Shown here piece after piece: positions 1 through 11,775 of a stretch of DNA of 64,000 nt (position 1 is its first letter; each line of letters starts with the position of its first letter). The DNA comes from Acidobacteriota bacterium (GTDB taxonomy: Bacteria; Acidobacteriota; UBA890; WLXD01). Position numbers and translations under genes: made by a program. The stretch is taken from NCBI GenBank assembly GCA_963666055.2, contig CAXWPH010000015.1, positions 2,144,001 through 2,208,000 on the forward strand, written 5' to 3'. A model generated the notes under the pieces. The model was not told where the DNA came from, made no database searches, and saw only the letters and a program-made list of their open reading frames with translations.

Positions 1-477
1 GTGCTCGACGGATCGCTCGCCTCAGTCTCGCCGTTGTTCCGTGCTGGCAACGTTCTTCTCTCGATGCGCCACCTGAACGCCATCATGATTCTCGACGGCG
101 CCACCCACGATGTGTTGTGGGTCTGGGGCCCGTCGAACCTCTACGCGCAACATCATCCAACCCTCTTACCCAACGGGCGGCTCCTGGTGTTCGACAATGG
201 GGTGTCGCGCTCGCGCGTATTGGAAGTCGATCCGCGGTCCAACGAGATCGGTTGGAGCTATGCGTCCGAGGAGTTCCATACGCCGTTGCGTGGGAGCGCT
301 CAGCGCTTGCCGAACGGCAACACGCTGATCGCGGAGTCGGATGCGGGCCGTGTGTTCGAGGTAACCGAGGGAGGTGACATCGTGTGGGAGTTCGTCAACC
401 CCGATGTTACGGAGGCCGGCGAGCGCCGCGTGATCTGGCGTATGACGCGTGTGTCGAGCGGCAACGGGTCCGACTAG
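1..477 (+). CDS. Arylsulfate sulfotransferase (ASST)-like beta-propeller protein, C-terminal part (5' truncated by window)
   Basis: Motifs QHHPTLLPNGRLLVFDNG and GSAQRLPNGNTLIAESDAGRVFEV...GDIVWEF are typical of the ASST family. Confidence 0.75.
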   Translation: MLDGSLASVSPLFRAGNVLLSMRHLNAIMILDGATHDVLWVWGPSNLYAQHHPTLLPNGRLLVFDNGVSRSRVLEVDPRSNEIGWSYASEEFHTPLRGSAQRLPNGNTLIAESDAGRVFEVTEGGDIVWEFVNPDVTEAGERRVIWRMTRVSSGNGSD

Positions 478-1335
478 ATGGGACGCGCCACAGGCGGATC
501 AGCCGCTGTAGTGGCTCTGGGCCTCGTGGCGATCGGTTGCGCCGGTAACGGCTGGATCCGCGATCAACCGGAGCTCGCTGAACGAGTGCGTCAGCACCCC
601 GGCAGCTTCCTGGAGCCGGCGCTCAAGCTGACGGCACCGCTCGAGAGTCTCGTCGGGTCGTACACCATGCGTTTTTCGAGGGGGATCGGTCGGCGTTCGG
701 TCGACACCTTCGTGTCGGTCCGCCGGCCGGCGGACCTCGATATCCTGGTGCTCGATCCGACTGGCGGCACACAAGCCTATCTACGCGCCAATGCCGTGGA
801 AGTCGGTCTGTTTCTGAGCCAGGAACAGCTCCTCTATCGTGGACCGTCGACGCGTGCGTCCTTCGAGCAAGCGCTTGGTTTCGGGCTGTCCGCCGCAGAC
901 GTAGTGGCGGCCCTGCTGGGATACGCAATCGATCCAGCCGGCCATCCACCCGGTCGGCCGAGTTGGGACGAGAGTGCGCAGCGGGTGCGGATCGACTACG
1001 GCGAGGAGGCCAGCGTGTGGCTATTGCCGCCTACGCTGTGGTTCGATCGGATTGAGCATCGGCGCGCCGACAACACTGTAGCGATCGATGCGCTCGATTC
1101 GATTGCCACCGAGGTCGACGGTCAGACGTTGCTGGTCCCCTCGAGCCTGCAGTTGCGCATCGAACCCGAGGGGTACGGGATCGCGATGCAGCTGCTGGGT
1201 GAGCCGTCGACCAACTTGGAGTTCCCGCCGGCGCATTTCGAGCTCGAAGTCCCGGCGGGGGTATTACAGCTACCGATCTCCGACCTGGGTCGAGAAGGTG
1301 GTTTGTTCAGGCGCGAGGTACCGAAAGAGCAGTAG
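478..1335 (+). CDS. Lipoprotein, LolB/LolA-fold-like hypothetical
   Basis: Signal peptide with lipobox-like VAIGC; C-terminal FPPAHFELEVPAG resembles LolA/LolB-fold ends; sits where lolB usually precedes ispE-tRNA-Gln-prs. Confidence 0.45.
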   Translation: MGRATGGSAAVVALGLVAIGCAGNGWIRDQPELAERVRQHPGSFLEPALKLTAPLESLVGSYTMRFSRGIGRRSVDTFVSVRRPADLDILVLDPTGGTQAYLRANAVEVGLFLSQEQLLYRGPSTRASFEQALGFGLSAADVVAALLGYAIDPAGHPPGRPSWDESAQRVRIDYGEEASVWLLPPTLWFDRIEHRRADNTVAIDALDSIATEVDGQTLLVPSSLQLRIEPEGYGIAMQLLGEPSTNLEFPPAHFELEVPAGVLQLPISDLGREGGLFRREVPKEQ

Positions 1336-1391
1336 ATCGCAAGCGCACCCGAAGCGTCGGCCGAGCTGACGCGAATGCGCCCCGGCATTGT

Positions 1392-1422
1392 TTGATGCAC
1401 GAGAAAGTGCGGCGCCTATAAT
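1392..1422 (+). promoter_or_regulatory. Putative sigma70 promoter for tRNA-Gln/prs operon
   Basis: Perfect TATAAT at 1417-1422; TTGATG at 1392-1397 but spacer is 19 nt. Confidence 0.35.
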
Positions 1423-1506
1423 AGTGCGTGTCTGAAACGCGGCCCTTGTGTGGGTCGCGTCCCGGAGACACTGCTCGGGACCTCTGCGTCCACAGGCAGT
1501 TGGTTT

Positions 1507-1580
1507 TGGGGCGTCGCCAAGTCAGGCAAGGCACCGGTCTTTGGATCCGGCATTCGCAGGTTCGAATCCTGCCGCCCCAG
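1507..1580 (+). tRNA. tRNA-Gln (TTG), CCA not encoded
   Basis: Acceptor stem TGGGGCG/CGCCCCA, anticodon loop CT-TTG-GA at 1539-1545, T-arm GCAGG-TTCGAAT-CCTGC; canonical position before prs. Confidence 0.96.
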
Positions 1581-1658
1581 CTTTAGGCCTGCCAGTCCGT
1601 CGAGGCGAGCATCGCCCCGAGTTTCGGCTCACCGACCGCACCTCAGCCGCACAGCTCG

Positions 1659-2606
1659 ATGTCCAATACCGACCGCAAGATCAAGATTTTCGCCGGCAAT
1701 GCCTGCCCGGGGTTGGCGGAGGCCATCGCGGGGTCGATGGGTTTGTCCCTGAGCGCCATCGACATCGGGCTGTTCGCCGACGGCGAGGTGCGCTGCCAGT
1801 TCGGAGAGAACGTGCGCGGCGTCGAGGTGTTCCTGGTCCAGTCTACATGCCGGCCGGTGAACGACAGCCTCATGGAGTTGCTGGTGATGATCGACGCGGC
1901 CAAACGCGCTTCAGCCCATCACATCACCGCTGTGATCCCGTACTTCGGATACGCGCGGCAGGACAAGAAAGACAGCCCACGGGTCCCTATCTCGGCCAAA
2001 CTCGTCGCTGACTTGTTGACCACCGCTGGAACCTCGCGGGTGCTAGCGATGGATCTGCACGCCGGTCAGATCCAAGGCTACTTCAACATCCCGCTCGACC
2101 ACCTCTTTGCAGCACCAGTCGCGGTGCGTCGGATCGGCGCCATCGACAGCGATCTGGTCATGGTCTCGCCTGACGCCGGTGGCGTGGAGCGCGCTCGTGC
2201 CATCGCCAAGCGGCTCGAAGCCGGCCTGGCAGTGATCGACAAGCGTCGTCGTGTCGCCAACAAGGTCGATGGTATGACCGTCGTCGGCGACGTTCGCGAC
2301 GCGGTGTGCTGCTTTTACGACGACATGGTCGACACCGCCGGCACCCTGACCACCGGGGCCGCGGCGGTGCTCGACGAGGGAGCACGCGAGGTCTACGCGT
2401 TTGCCACTCACGCGGTACTCTCCTCACCGGCCATCGAGCGCATCGAGGCGAGCCCGCTGAAACGAGTCTTTGTGACGGATACGATTCCGCTGCTGCCCGA
2501 AGCCGCCGCCTGCGACAAGATCGAGGTGCTCTCGGTCGCAGGGTTGTTCGGTGAAGCGATACGCAGCATCTACGAGGAAACCAGCATCTCGAGGCTGTTT
2601 ATCTGA
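1659..2606 (+). CDS. prs: Ribose-phosphate pyrophosphokinase
   Basis: FADGE, PYFGYARQDK, DLHAGQIQGYF, VSPDAGGVERA, DDMVDTAGT motifs. Confidence 0.98.
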   Translation: MSNTDRKIKIFAGNACPGLAEAIAGSMGLSLSAIDIGLFADGEVRCQFGENVRGVEVFLVQSTCRPVNDSLMELLVMIDAAKRASAHHITAVIPYFGYARQDKKDSPRVPISAKLVADLLTTAGTSRVLAMDLHAGQIQGYFNIPLDHLFAAPVAVRRIGAIDSDLVMVSPDAGGVERARAIAKRLEAGLAVIDKRRRVANKVDGMTVVGDVRDAVCCFYDDMVDTAGTLTTGAAAVLDEGAREVYAFATHAVLSSPAIERIEASPLKRVFVTDTIPLLPEAAACDKIEVLSVAGLFGEAIRSIYEETSISRLFI

Positions 2607-2640
2607 TCTCGACGGCTGCTTACTCCGAGAGGAAGCAACG

Positions 2641-3312
2641 ATGACGGACTCACAGGTACTCGAAGTCGAGCTCCGCGAGCCGGGTTCGAGCAACAAGGCG
2701 AAGCGGCTGCGCCGCGCCGGCAAGGTTCCTGCTGTGCTGTACGGTGGAGGTCGCGAGACGCGTTCGATCGCCGTGAATCCGCGGTCGCTGATCGAGATTC
2801 TGCGATCCGAGCACGGTCAGAACTCGATTCTCAGCTTGAAAGTCGGAGAAGGAGCCGAGCAGACGGCGCTAATCTACGACTACCAGGTAGATCCGATCTC
2901 TCGCAAGCTTCAGCATGTCGACTTCCGTCGCATCGATCTGGCGACCCAGATCGAGGTGAATGTTCCGGTCGAGATTGTCGGCGAGGCGGTCGGCGTAAGG
3001 GTCGATCGAGGCATCCTCGACATGATCCTTCGAGAGGTACACGTGAAGTGCCTGCCAACCGACATCCCTGACTCCCTCCAGGTCGACGTGACCGAGCTCA
3101 ACATCGGCGACGTGGCACAGGTGTCTGATCTCGAGCTGCCCGACCGCGTCGAGCTGATGGTGGATCTGGATCAGACGGTGCTAACCATCGCCCCGCCGAC
3201 GGTCGCGATTGAGGATGAGGTTGTCGAGGAAGACGAGGATTTGCTAGCGACCCCAGAAGAGCCAGAGCTCATTGGCCACGAGGACGAGGAGGAATCCGAG
3301 GACAACGAGTAG
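2641..3312 (+). CDS. rplY: 50S ribosomal protein L25 / Ctc (long form, acidic tail)
   Basis: LRRAGKVPAVLYG, QHVDF, CLPTDIP motifs; ATG 2641 after GAGAGG; prs-rplY-pth synteny. Confidence 0.95.
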   Translation: MTDSQVLEVELREPGSSNKAKRLRRAGKVPAVLYGGGRETRSIAVNPRSLIEILRSEHGQNSILSLKVGEGAEQTALIYDYQVDPISRKLQHVDFRRIDLATQIEVNVPVEIVGEAVGVRVDRGILDMILREVHVKCLPTDIPDSLQVDVTELNIGDVAQVSDLELPDRVELMVDLDQTVLTIAPPTVAIEDEVVEEDEDLLATPEEPELIGHEDEEESEDNE

Positions 3313-3321
3313 CCACGCCAA

Positions 3322-3924
3322 ATGCGCGCTCTAGCCGGGCTCGGAAACCCCCGGAGCGAGTACGTGTCCACGCGTCACAACGCCGGCTGGATGCTTCTTG
3401 ACCGTCTGAGTGCCGCGGGCAAGGTCGTCGAGACACGACAGAAAGAATCGGTGCAGCTCGAGCGAGTCAAACTGGGACCGGCAGTGCTCTGGTTGATGCG
3501 TCCACTGTCGTTCATGAACAACAGCGGCGTGGGAGTCTCCCACGCTTGTCGGACGTTATCTATCGATCCCGGTGACCTGCTCGTGGCGTACGACGAAATC
3601 GATTTGCCGTTGGGCGCGTTGCGTCTGCGACCGGCGGGCGGCGACGCTGGTCATCGTGGTCTGAGATCCGTGCTGGAGGAGCTCGGGACGCAGCAAGTAC
3701 CACGTCTCCGGCTCGGCGTGCGGGGCCAAGGCCGCGGACGCGACACAGCTGGATACGTCCTCGAGGCGTTCGACAAGACCGAGCTGGCGGCGCTCGACGA
3801 GATGCTCGACCGCGCCGTCGAGGCGGTGCGGATGATCCTCCGGCGCGGTCTGAGCGCCGCGATGAACACGTACAATCAGCCACCGCAGAGCGAGACAGCG
3901 AATCCAAAAGAGACTCCCGATTAA
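3322..3924 (+). CDS. pth: Peptidyl-tRNA hydrolase
   Basis: GLGNP...[33 protein letters not shown]. Confidence 0.95.
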   Translation: MRALAGLGNPRSEYVSTRHNAGWMLLDRLSAAGKVVETRQKESVQLERVKLGPAVLWLMRPLSFMNNSGVGVSHACRTLSIDPGDLLVAYDEIDLPLGALRLRPAGGDAGHRGLRSVLEELGTQQVPRLRLGVRGQGRGRDTAGYVLEAFDKTELAALDEMLDRAVEAVRMILRRGLSAAMNTYNQPPQSETANPKETPD

Positions 3925-3937
3925 CTGGAGCACGAGC

Positions 3938-5989
<2,052 letters not shown>

Positions 5990-6026
5990 GAGGAGTTCCC
6001 TGCAGAACGGGCACTCTGAGCGTGCG

Positions 6027-6067
6027 CTCCTCGCCCCTCCGGGGGCCAATTGTCCGAGAGGAGAACT
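6027..6067 (+). promoter_or_regulatory. S6:S18-binding rpsF leader RNA motif (autoregulatory)
   Basis: CTCCT can pair with the SD AGGAG, enclosing hairpin GCCCC-TCCG-GGGGC and an unpaired CCG just before the SD, the known architecture of rpsF leaders. Confidence 0.65.
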
Positions 6068-6850
6068 ATGCACAACTTGTACGAGATCCTGGTGATCGCG
6101 TCTCCCGACGAGACTGACGAGGGAATCGACGCGATCATCGGCGGGCTACGACAGCAGCTCGCTGCGTCCGGTGGCGAGGTCATCGACGTCAACAGGTGGG
6201 GGCGTCGCAAGCTTGCGTACCCCATCGGCAAGCACACCGAAGGCGTCTACCTGCTGATCTATGCAACGGGACCCGCAACGCTGTCAGGCGAGTTCCGCGC
6301 CTATACCAAGATCCGCGAATCGATCCTTCGGGAGATGCCGGTCCGTCTGAGCGATGCGCAGGAGACAGCTGCGCGGCAGGCGCTCTCTGAGCGGGGCCCT
6401 GTAGATGAGGAGTTGGCCAAGGCGCAGATGGAAGCAGCCGATCAGCGCGCCGCAGCGAAGCGCGCCGAGGCGGAAACGTCGGTGTCGGAGCGCGATGAAG
6501 TGGTGGAGCCTGAGGACGCCGTTACCGTTGCTGACGACGAAACAGCTACGGCTGACGAGGCGGTCGCAGGCGACGATGATGATACGGCTACGGCTGACGA
6601 GCCTGTCGCAATCGACGGCGCTGACACGGGTTCGGCTGACCAGACTGTCGCAATCGACGGCGATGACGAGGCTCCGGCTGACCAGACTGTCGCACCCGGC
6701 GGCGACGACGCGGCTGCGGTTGACGAGGCAGTCGCGGTTGACGACAACTCGACCGCCGATGATTCCGATGACGAGTCGGCAGGCGAAGCTGCGCCGGCTG
6801 ATGATAGCTCCGATGGCGTCGCCGAAGGCGAGCCGCGGAAGGAGGACTGA
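6068..6850 (+). CDS. rpsF: 30S ribosomal protein S6 with long acidic repeat-containing C-terminal extension
   Basis: YEILVI...[18 protein letters not shown]; ATG 6068 after AGGAG; about 160 extra residues, mostly D/E/A-rich. Confidence 0.93.
   Translation: MHNLYEILVIASPDETDEGIDAIIGGLRQQLAASGGEVIDVNRWGRRKLAYPIGKHTEGVYLLIYATGPATLSGEFRAYTKIRESILREMPVRLSDAQETAARQALSERGPVDEELAKAQMEAADQRAAAKRAEAETSVSERDEVVEPEDAVTVADDETATADEAVAGDDDDTATADEPVAIDGADTGSADQTVAIDGDDEAPADQTVAPGGDDAAAVDEAVAVDDNSTADDSDDESAGEAAPADDSSDGVAEGEPRKED
6549..6745 (+). repeat. Imperfect 42-bp (14-aa) tandem repeat, about 5 units, in the rpsF tail
   Basis: CGG(C/T)TGAC(G/C)AG...GTCGC units start at 6549, 6591, 6633, 6675, 6717. Confidence 0.9.
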
Positions 6851-6853
6851 GCG

Positions 6854-7078
6854 ATGCGCTCCTTTCGTCCCCGACGCAAGAAGGTCAGCAAGCTCACCAA
6901 GTCGAACGCTCAATACGTTGACTACAAAGACGTCGAGCTGCTGAGGCAGTACATCGACCCACGCGGCAAGATCATTCCGCGTCGAACGAACGGTAATTCT
7001 GCGCGCCATCAGCGCATGTTGAGTCGCGCCGTGAAGCGCGCGCGCTACATGGCACTGTTGCCGTACGTCTCTGAGTGA
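6854..7078 (+). CDS. rpsR: 30S ribosomal protein S18 (Cys-free form)
   Basis: VDYKDVELLRQYI..RGKIIPRR..HQR..AVKRARYMALLPY. Confidence 0.97.
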   Translation: MRSFRPRRKKVSKLTKSNAQYVDYKDVELLRQYIDPRGKIIPRRTNGNSARHQRMLSRAVKRARYMALLPYVSE

Positions 7079-7136
7079 GGTTGCCGACATCCGCGCCACA
7101 TGACCGCCGGGTGTCGGACTCATCGAGGACACGACC

Positions 7137-7718
7137 ATGAAGCTGATTTTGAGAGCGAGCGTCACCCACCTGGGCGAGCCAGGTGACCTCGTAGAAGTCA
7201 AGAAAGGTTACGCCCGCAATTACCTTCTACCGCAGCAACTGGCCATCCGCGCTACCGAGGCCAACCTTCGCTCGATCGACCATGAGCTCACGCGACTTCG
7301 CGCCGAGGCTGCCGAGAAGCGTGCCCAAGCCGAGATCGTCGCCAAATCGCTGGCCGGCGTGTCGCTGAGCTTCGGGCGCAAAGTGGCCGACGTTGGTGCG
7401 GGAACGCTCTACGGGTCGGTGAGCGTCGCCGATATCGACGACCGGCTGGCGGAGCGGGGCTTCACGATCCAAAGAGGCGAGATCCATCTCGAGCAGCCGA
7501 TCAAGCACCTCGGCGAGTACGATGTGTCGCTGTCGCTGGCGCACGGCGTTGCAGCAGCGGTGCGTGTGATCGTGTCCAGTGAGGATGACGCGGCCGCCGA
7601 ACCCGCTCCGGGCGACGCCGTCGACGAGGTGGTCGAGCCGGTCGAGCGGGTCGATTCCGCCGCCACCGAGGACAACTTGACCGCCGACGAAACTTCCTCC
7701 GAAAACGAGGACGCCTGA
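7137..7718 (+). CDS. rplI: 50S ribosomal protein L9 (acidic tail)
   Basis: LGEPGDLVEVKKGYARNYLLP, LYGSVS, PIKHLGEY. Confidence 0.97.
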   Translation: MKLILRASVTHLGEPGDLVEVKKGYARNYLLPQQLAIRATEANLRSIDHELTRLRAEAAEKRAQAEIVAKSLAGVSLSFGRKVADVGAGTLYGSVSVADIDDRLAERGFTIQRGEIHLEQPIKHLGEYDVSLSLAHGVAAAVRVIVSSEDDAAAEPAPGDAVDEVVEPVERVDSAATEDNLTADETSSENEDA

Positions 7719-7806
7719 GCGGCGGCGTTAAGCGAAGTGCTCGTAGCAGCGGCTCAGTTGTACCGGCCGCTGATCTCGGCCTAGCGTCTGGGTGAACCGT
7801 GCCGCG

Positions 7807-9626
7807 ATGAACATCCTCGGGATCTCGGCTTTCTACCACGACTCGGCGGCGTGCTTGGTGCGCGACGACACCATCGTGGCGGCGGCCCAGGAAGAACGCT
7901 TCACGCGCAAGAAACACGACTTCCGTTTTCCCGCCCACGCCATCGAGTACTGTCTGAGGGCCGGCGATATCGACGCGTCGGATCTCGACACGGTCGCCTT
8001 CTATGACAAGCCGTGGGCCAAGTTCGAGCGTCTGCTGGAGACCTACCTGGCATTCGCTCCGCAGGGCCTCAACTCGTTTCTGAAGGCCATGCCGCTCTGG
8101 CTCAAGCAGAAGCTCTGGATAGGGGAGCTGATAGCCAGGGAGACGGGTTTCGAAGGCGACATGCTCTACCCGGAGCATCACCAATCACACGCCGCCTCGG
8201 CGTTTTTTCCCTCGCCTTTCGAATCGGCTGCGATCCTCACGATGGATGGGTAGGCGAGTGGGCGACCGCCTCGTGGGGTGCTGGGGTGGACAACAGCATC
8301 GAGCTTGCCGCCGAGCTCAGGTTCCCGCACAGCCTGGGCCTGCTGTACACCGCGTTCACCTACTACACCGGCTTTCGCGTGAACTCCGGTGAGTACAAGG
8401 TCATGGGCCTCGCACCCTACGGCGAGCCCAAGTACGTAGGCCTGATCCTCGATGAGTTGATGGACCTGCGTGAAGACGGTTCCTTCCGGCTCGACATGAA
8501 GTACTTCAACTACTGTCAGGGGCTGACCATGACCTCGGAGGCGTTCCACGAGCTATTCGGCGCCCCTCCCCGGCAGCCCGAGAGTGAGCTTACTCAGCGC
8601 GAGATGGACCTGGCGCGGTCGATCCAGGAGGTTTGCGAGGAGGTGATGCTGCGGATGGCTAGGCACGTCCGCACCCAGACTGGTGAGCGTAATCTGGTTA
8701 TGGCCGGTGGCGTGGCTCTGAACTGCGTCGGTAACGGCAAGATCCTGCGAGCCGGTATCTTCGACGATGTCTGGATCCAGCCTGCGGCAGGCGACGCCGG
8801 CGGCGCCTTGGGCGCGGCGCTCTTCGCAGCCCACCAGGTTCACGCCGTGCCGCGCTACACCGCTGCCAATGGACGCGACCTCCAGAGCGGGTCCTACCTG
8901 GGGCCGTCGTGGAGCGGTGACGAGATCGAACAGTGGCTTCTCGAGCAGCGTTACCCCTACGAGCGTCATACCGAGGAGACCATCCCCGATGTCACCGCCG
9001 ACTTGTTGTCGACGGGAAATGTGGTGGGCTGGTTCAGCGGACGCATGGAGTTCGGTCCGCGGGCGTTGGGCGCGCGAAGCATTATCGGAGACTCACGCGA
9101 TCGACAGATGCAGCGCAAGCTCAACCTGAAGATCAAGTATCGCGAATCGTTTCGACCCTTCGCACCCAGCTGTCTGGTCGAGGACGTGTCGGAGTACTTC
9201 GACCTCGATCGGCCATCGCCCTACATGTTGTTGGTTGCCCCGGTGCGAGAGGAGCGTCGGGTGGCGATGACCGAGGAGCAGACGCAGCTGTTTGGGATCA
9301 GCAAGTTGAACGTACCGCGTTCCGACATTCCGGCGGTAACCCACATCGACTACTCTGCCCGCGTGCAGACGGTCGACGCACGCGATCATGCGCAATACCA
9401 CCGGCTTATCGAAGCGTTCAAGGAGCGCACCGGCTACGGCATTATTGTCAACACGTCGTTCAACGTTCGCGGCGAGCCGATCGTTTGCACGCCCGCGGAT
9501 GCTTATCTCTGTTTCATGCGCACGGAAATGGACGTGCTGGTGCTGCAAGATTGCATTCTGATGAAGTCCGACCAGCCGCCTCTCGGTGACGACGTCGACT
9601 GGCGCGACCTTTACGAGCTGGATTAG
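7807..9626 (+). CDS. O-carbamoyltransferase, NodU/CmcH/SxtI family; frameshifted near 8250
   Basis: ILGISAFYHDSAA, QEERFTRKKHD, EHHQSHAASAF in one frame; GEWAT, NSGEYKVMGLAPYG, GGVALNC, EFGPRALGARS, NTSFNVRGEP in the other; one extra G at ATGGATGGG-TAGGC restores MDGVGEW. Confidence 0.9.
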
Positions 9627-9680
9627 CAGGGCAAGTTCCACCACGGCCTGCTCGCGTCCCGCACGGAGCACCCACGAATC

Positions 9681-10085
9681 GTGGCCTTGAAGAAGCAGCA
9701 AACTGACGCGCAGCGGCTGCCCAAATTCGGAATCGTGATGGCGGTGGCATTTGCGCTGCTGGCGTCGTTGCTGTTGTGGAGAGAGCGGCCGGCGGGCCCG
9801 TATCTGCTCTACGTGAGCGCGGCGTTCCTTGTTGCCGCACTGATCCTGCCGCCGGTTCTGGCACCGATCGAGCGTGTCTGGATGGCGTTGGCGCGCCTTC
9901 TACAGGTTGTCATGACGACGCTGATCTTGACGCTGACGTTCTTCGTTGTGATGACCCCGATGGGCTTCTTGCTGCGGCTGTCAGGAAAGGACCTCCTGGA
10001 CATGCGACGAGATCCCGATGCTGAGAGTTACTGGGTTCCGGTGGATCCGGACGGCCCCGTGTCGCGCCCCGATAAGCCCTATTGA
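9681..10085 (+). CDS. SxtJ-family membrane protein
   Basis: KFG..., WM.LA..L..V.T.LIL...FF.V.TP.G...R..GKD.L...SYW pattern; follows the carbamoyltransferase. Confidence 0.8.
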   Translation: MALKKQQTDAQRLPKFGIVMAVAFALLASLLLWRERPAGPYLLYVSAAFLVAALILPPVLAPIERVWMALARLLQVVMTTLILTLTFFVVMTPMGFLLRLSGKDLLDMRRDPDAESYWVPVDPDGPVSRPDKPY

Positions 10086-10163
10086 GGCCTCACCGCGAAA
10101 GCCGCGGGCGATACTGATATTCTCCGTGACGAGTCGCAGGACGTTGGAGCAGGAGGTGCAGAG

Positions 10164-10313
10164 ATGTCGAGGCTAGGGCTCGTCTGGGGTTTTCTGAGAT
10201 CCCGCAAGAAGTGGTGGCTGACGCCCATCGTGGTGTTCCTCGTGTTGCTCGGCTTGTTGATCGTGCTCTCGGAGGGCTCCGCCGTCGCCCCCTTCATTTA
10301 TGCGCTTTTCTAG
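10164..10313 (+). CDS. SxtK/DUF5989-family small membrane protein (49 aa, not in ORF track)
   Basis: Translates MSRLGLVWGFLRSRKKWWLTPIVVFLVLLGLLIVLSEGSAVAPFIYALF with SD AGGAGG; RKKWWL.P and SA.APFIY.LF are family hallmarks. Confidence 0.9.
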   Translation: MSRLGLVWGFLRSRKKWWLTPIVVFLVLLGLLIVLSEGSAVAPFIYALF

Positions 10314-10368
10314 CGAGTGGCGTAACACAAAACTCGCATTTGTCGTCTCGTAGTGTCGGAGGTCGATC

Positions 10369-11718
10369 TTGCCGCAGGAGCTCAGCACCGAGCGCTCGTT
10401 ACCCCACAACGTGGAGGTAGAGCGCTCCATCCTCGGCGCCGTGCTGCTGGACAATCAGGCGTTTAACGCCGCCGCCCAGACCATCTCTCCTGAGGATTTC
10501 TTCGGTGATGCCAACCGGCTGATCTACGAGGCCATGACCTGGCTATCGGAACGCTCCGAAGCCATCGATACGGTGACCCTGCGCGAGGAACTAGCACGGC
10601 GTGACGTGCTGGAGCGGGCTGGCGGAGCGGCATATATCTCTAGCCTGATCGATGGGTTGCCGGCGGCGGCCAACGTCGATCAGTACGCGCGTATTATCAA
10701 GGACAAGGCGGCGCTCCGGAGTCTCATCGGGGCGTCCAACTCCATCATCCGCATGGCGCTGGAGGGCGCCATCGAGACCGACGATTTGCTCGATCGCGCT
10801 GAGCACTCGATCTTCGCGATCAGCGAGAGCAACATCCGGCGCGGGTTCCTCTCCGTTCGCGACGTCGCTTTCGACGCCATGAAGGAGATCGAGGAGCTGA
10901 TGGAGCGCGGTGACTATGTCACCGGCGTGCCGACGGGTTTCAAGCGACTCGACGCCTTGACCGCCGGTTTGCACCCGGGCGACCTGGTGATCCTGGCGGG
11001 GCGCCCGTCGATGGGCAAGACGTCCTTGGCGCTCAATGTCGCCCAACACGTAGCGCTCGAGGTAGGCGGCACCGTCGGGGTGTTCTCGCTCGAGATGTCC
11101 GTCCAGCAGGTTGTCCGCCGGCTGGTCACCGCCGTCGCCCAGGTGGATGCTCACAAGCTCGCGACCGGGTTCTTGTCGAGCGGCGACAAGGACCGGTTAC
11201 TCGACGGCCTGCACAAGCTGTCCGAGACCAAGATCTTCATCGATGACTCCGCCTCCCTCACGGCGCTCGAGATGCGTGCCAAGGCGCGCCGACTGAAGGC
11301 AGAACACGGCCTCGATTTACTAATCGTCGACTACTTGCAGCTGGTTCGCGGTAGCACCCGTACCGATAACCGCAACCTCGAGCTGGGAGAGATATCACGC
11401 TCGCTCAAGGCGCTCGCCAAGGAGCTGCAGGTGCCCGTGCTGGCACTTTCGCAGCTCTCGCGTGCCACCGAGACACGGTCGGGCCACCGCCCGCAGCTGT
11501 CGGACTTGCGCGAATCCGGCAACCTGGAGCAAGACGCTGACGTGGTGGCGTTTATCTTCCGCCCCGAGGTGTACAACCAGGAGGATCCGGAGCTCGAGGG
11601 TCTCGCCGAGCTGATCATCGCCAAGCAGCGGAACGGTCCGACCGGCAGCGTTCCGCTCGCCTTCCTGAAGCCCTACACGCTCTTCAAGGATCGCGCCGAC
11701 GTCGAGGGTGCCTTCTGA
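10369..11718 (+). CDS. dnaB: Replicative DNA helicase
   Basis: LPHNVEVERSILG, GRPSMGKT, FSLEMS, VDYLQL, LSQLSR, SDLRESGNLEQDAD, KQRNGPTG; no intein. Confidence 0.98.
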   Translation: MPQELSTERSLPHNVEVERSILGAVLLDNQAFNAAAQTISPEDFFGDANRLIYEAMTWLSERSEAIDTVTLREELARRDVLERAGGAAYISSLIDGLPAAANVDQYARIIKDKAALRSLIGASNSIIRMALEGAIETDDLLDRAEHSIFAISESNIRRGFLSVRDVAFDAMKEIEELMERGDYVTGVPTGFKRLDALTAGLHPGDLVILAGRPSMGKTSLALNVAQHVALEVGGTVGVFSLEMSVQQVVRRLVTAVAQVDAHKLATGFLSSGDKDRLLDGLHKLSETKIFIDDSASLTALEMRAKARRLKAEHGLDLLIVDYLQLVRGSTRTDNRNLELGEISRSLKALAKELQVPVLALSQLSRATETRSGHRPQLSDLRESGNLEQDADVVAFIFRPEVYNQEDPELEGLAELIIAKQRNGPTGSVPLAFLKPYTLFKDRADVEGAF

Positions 11719-11775
11719 TCGGTGCGTCGTTGAGCGCGCAGCTAACATAGGCGCATGCGCGAAGCTTCTTCGGCG

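Noticed and set aside
6549-6745. CRISPR array
   Set aside because: Degenerate in-frame 42-bp coding repeats without unique spacers; no cas genes
6851-6853. Absence of ssb/priB between rpsF and rpsR
   Set aside because: Direct rpsF-rpsR adjacency is common in many phyla
7807-10313. Saxitoxin biosynthesis cluster
   Set aside because: Only sxtI/J/K-like genes; no sxtA, sxtG or other core genes seen
10369-11718. Intein in DnaB
   Set aside because: Normal length (449 aa) with contiguous motifs
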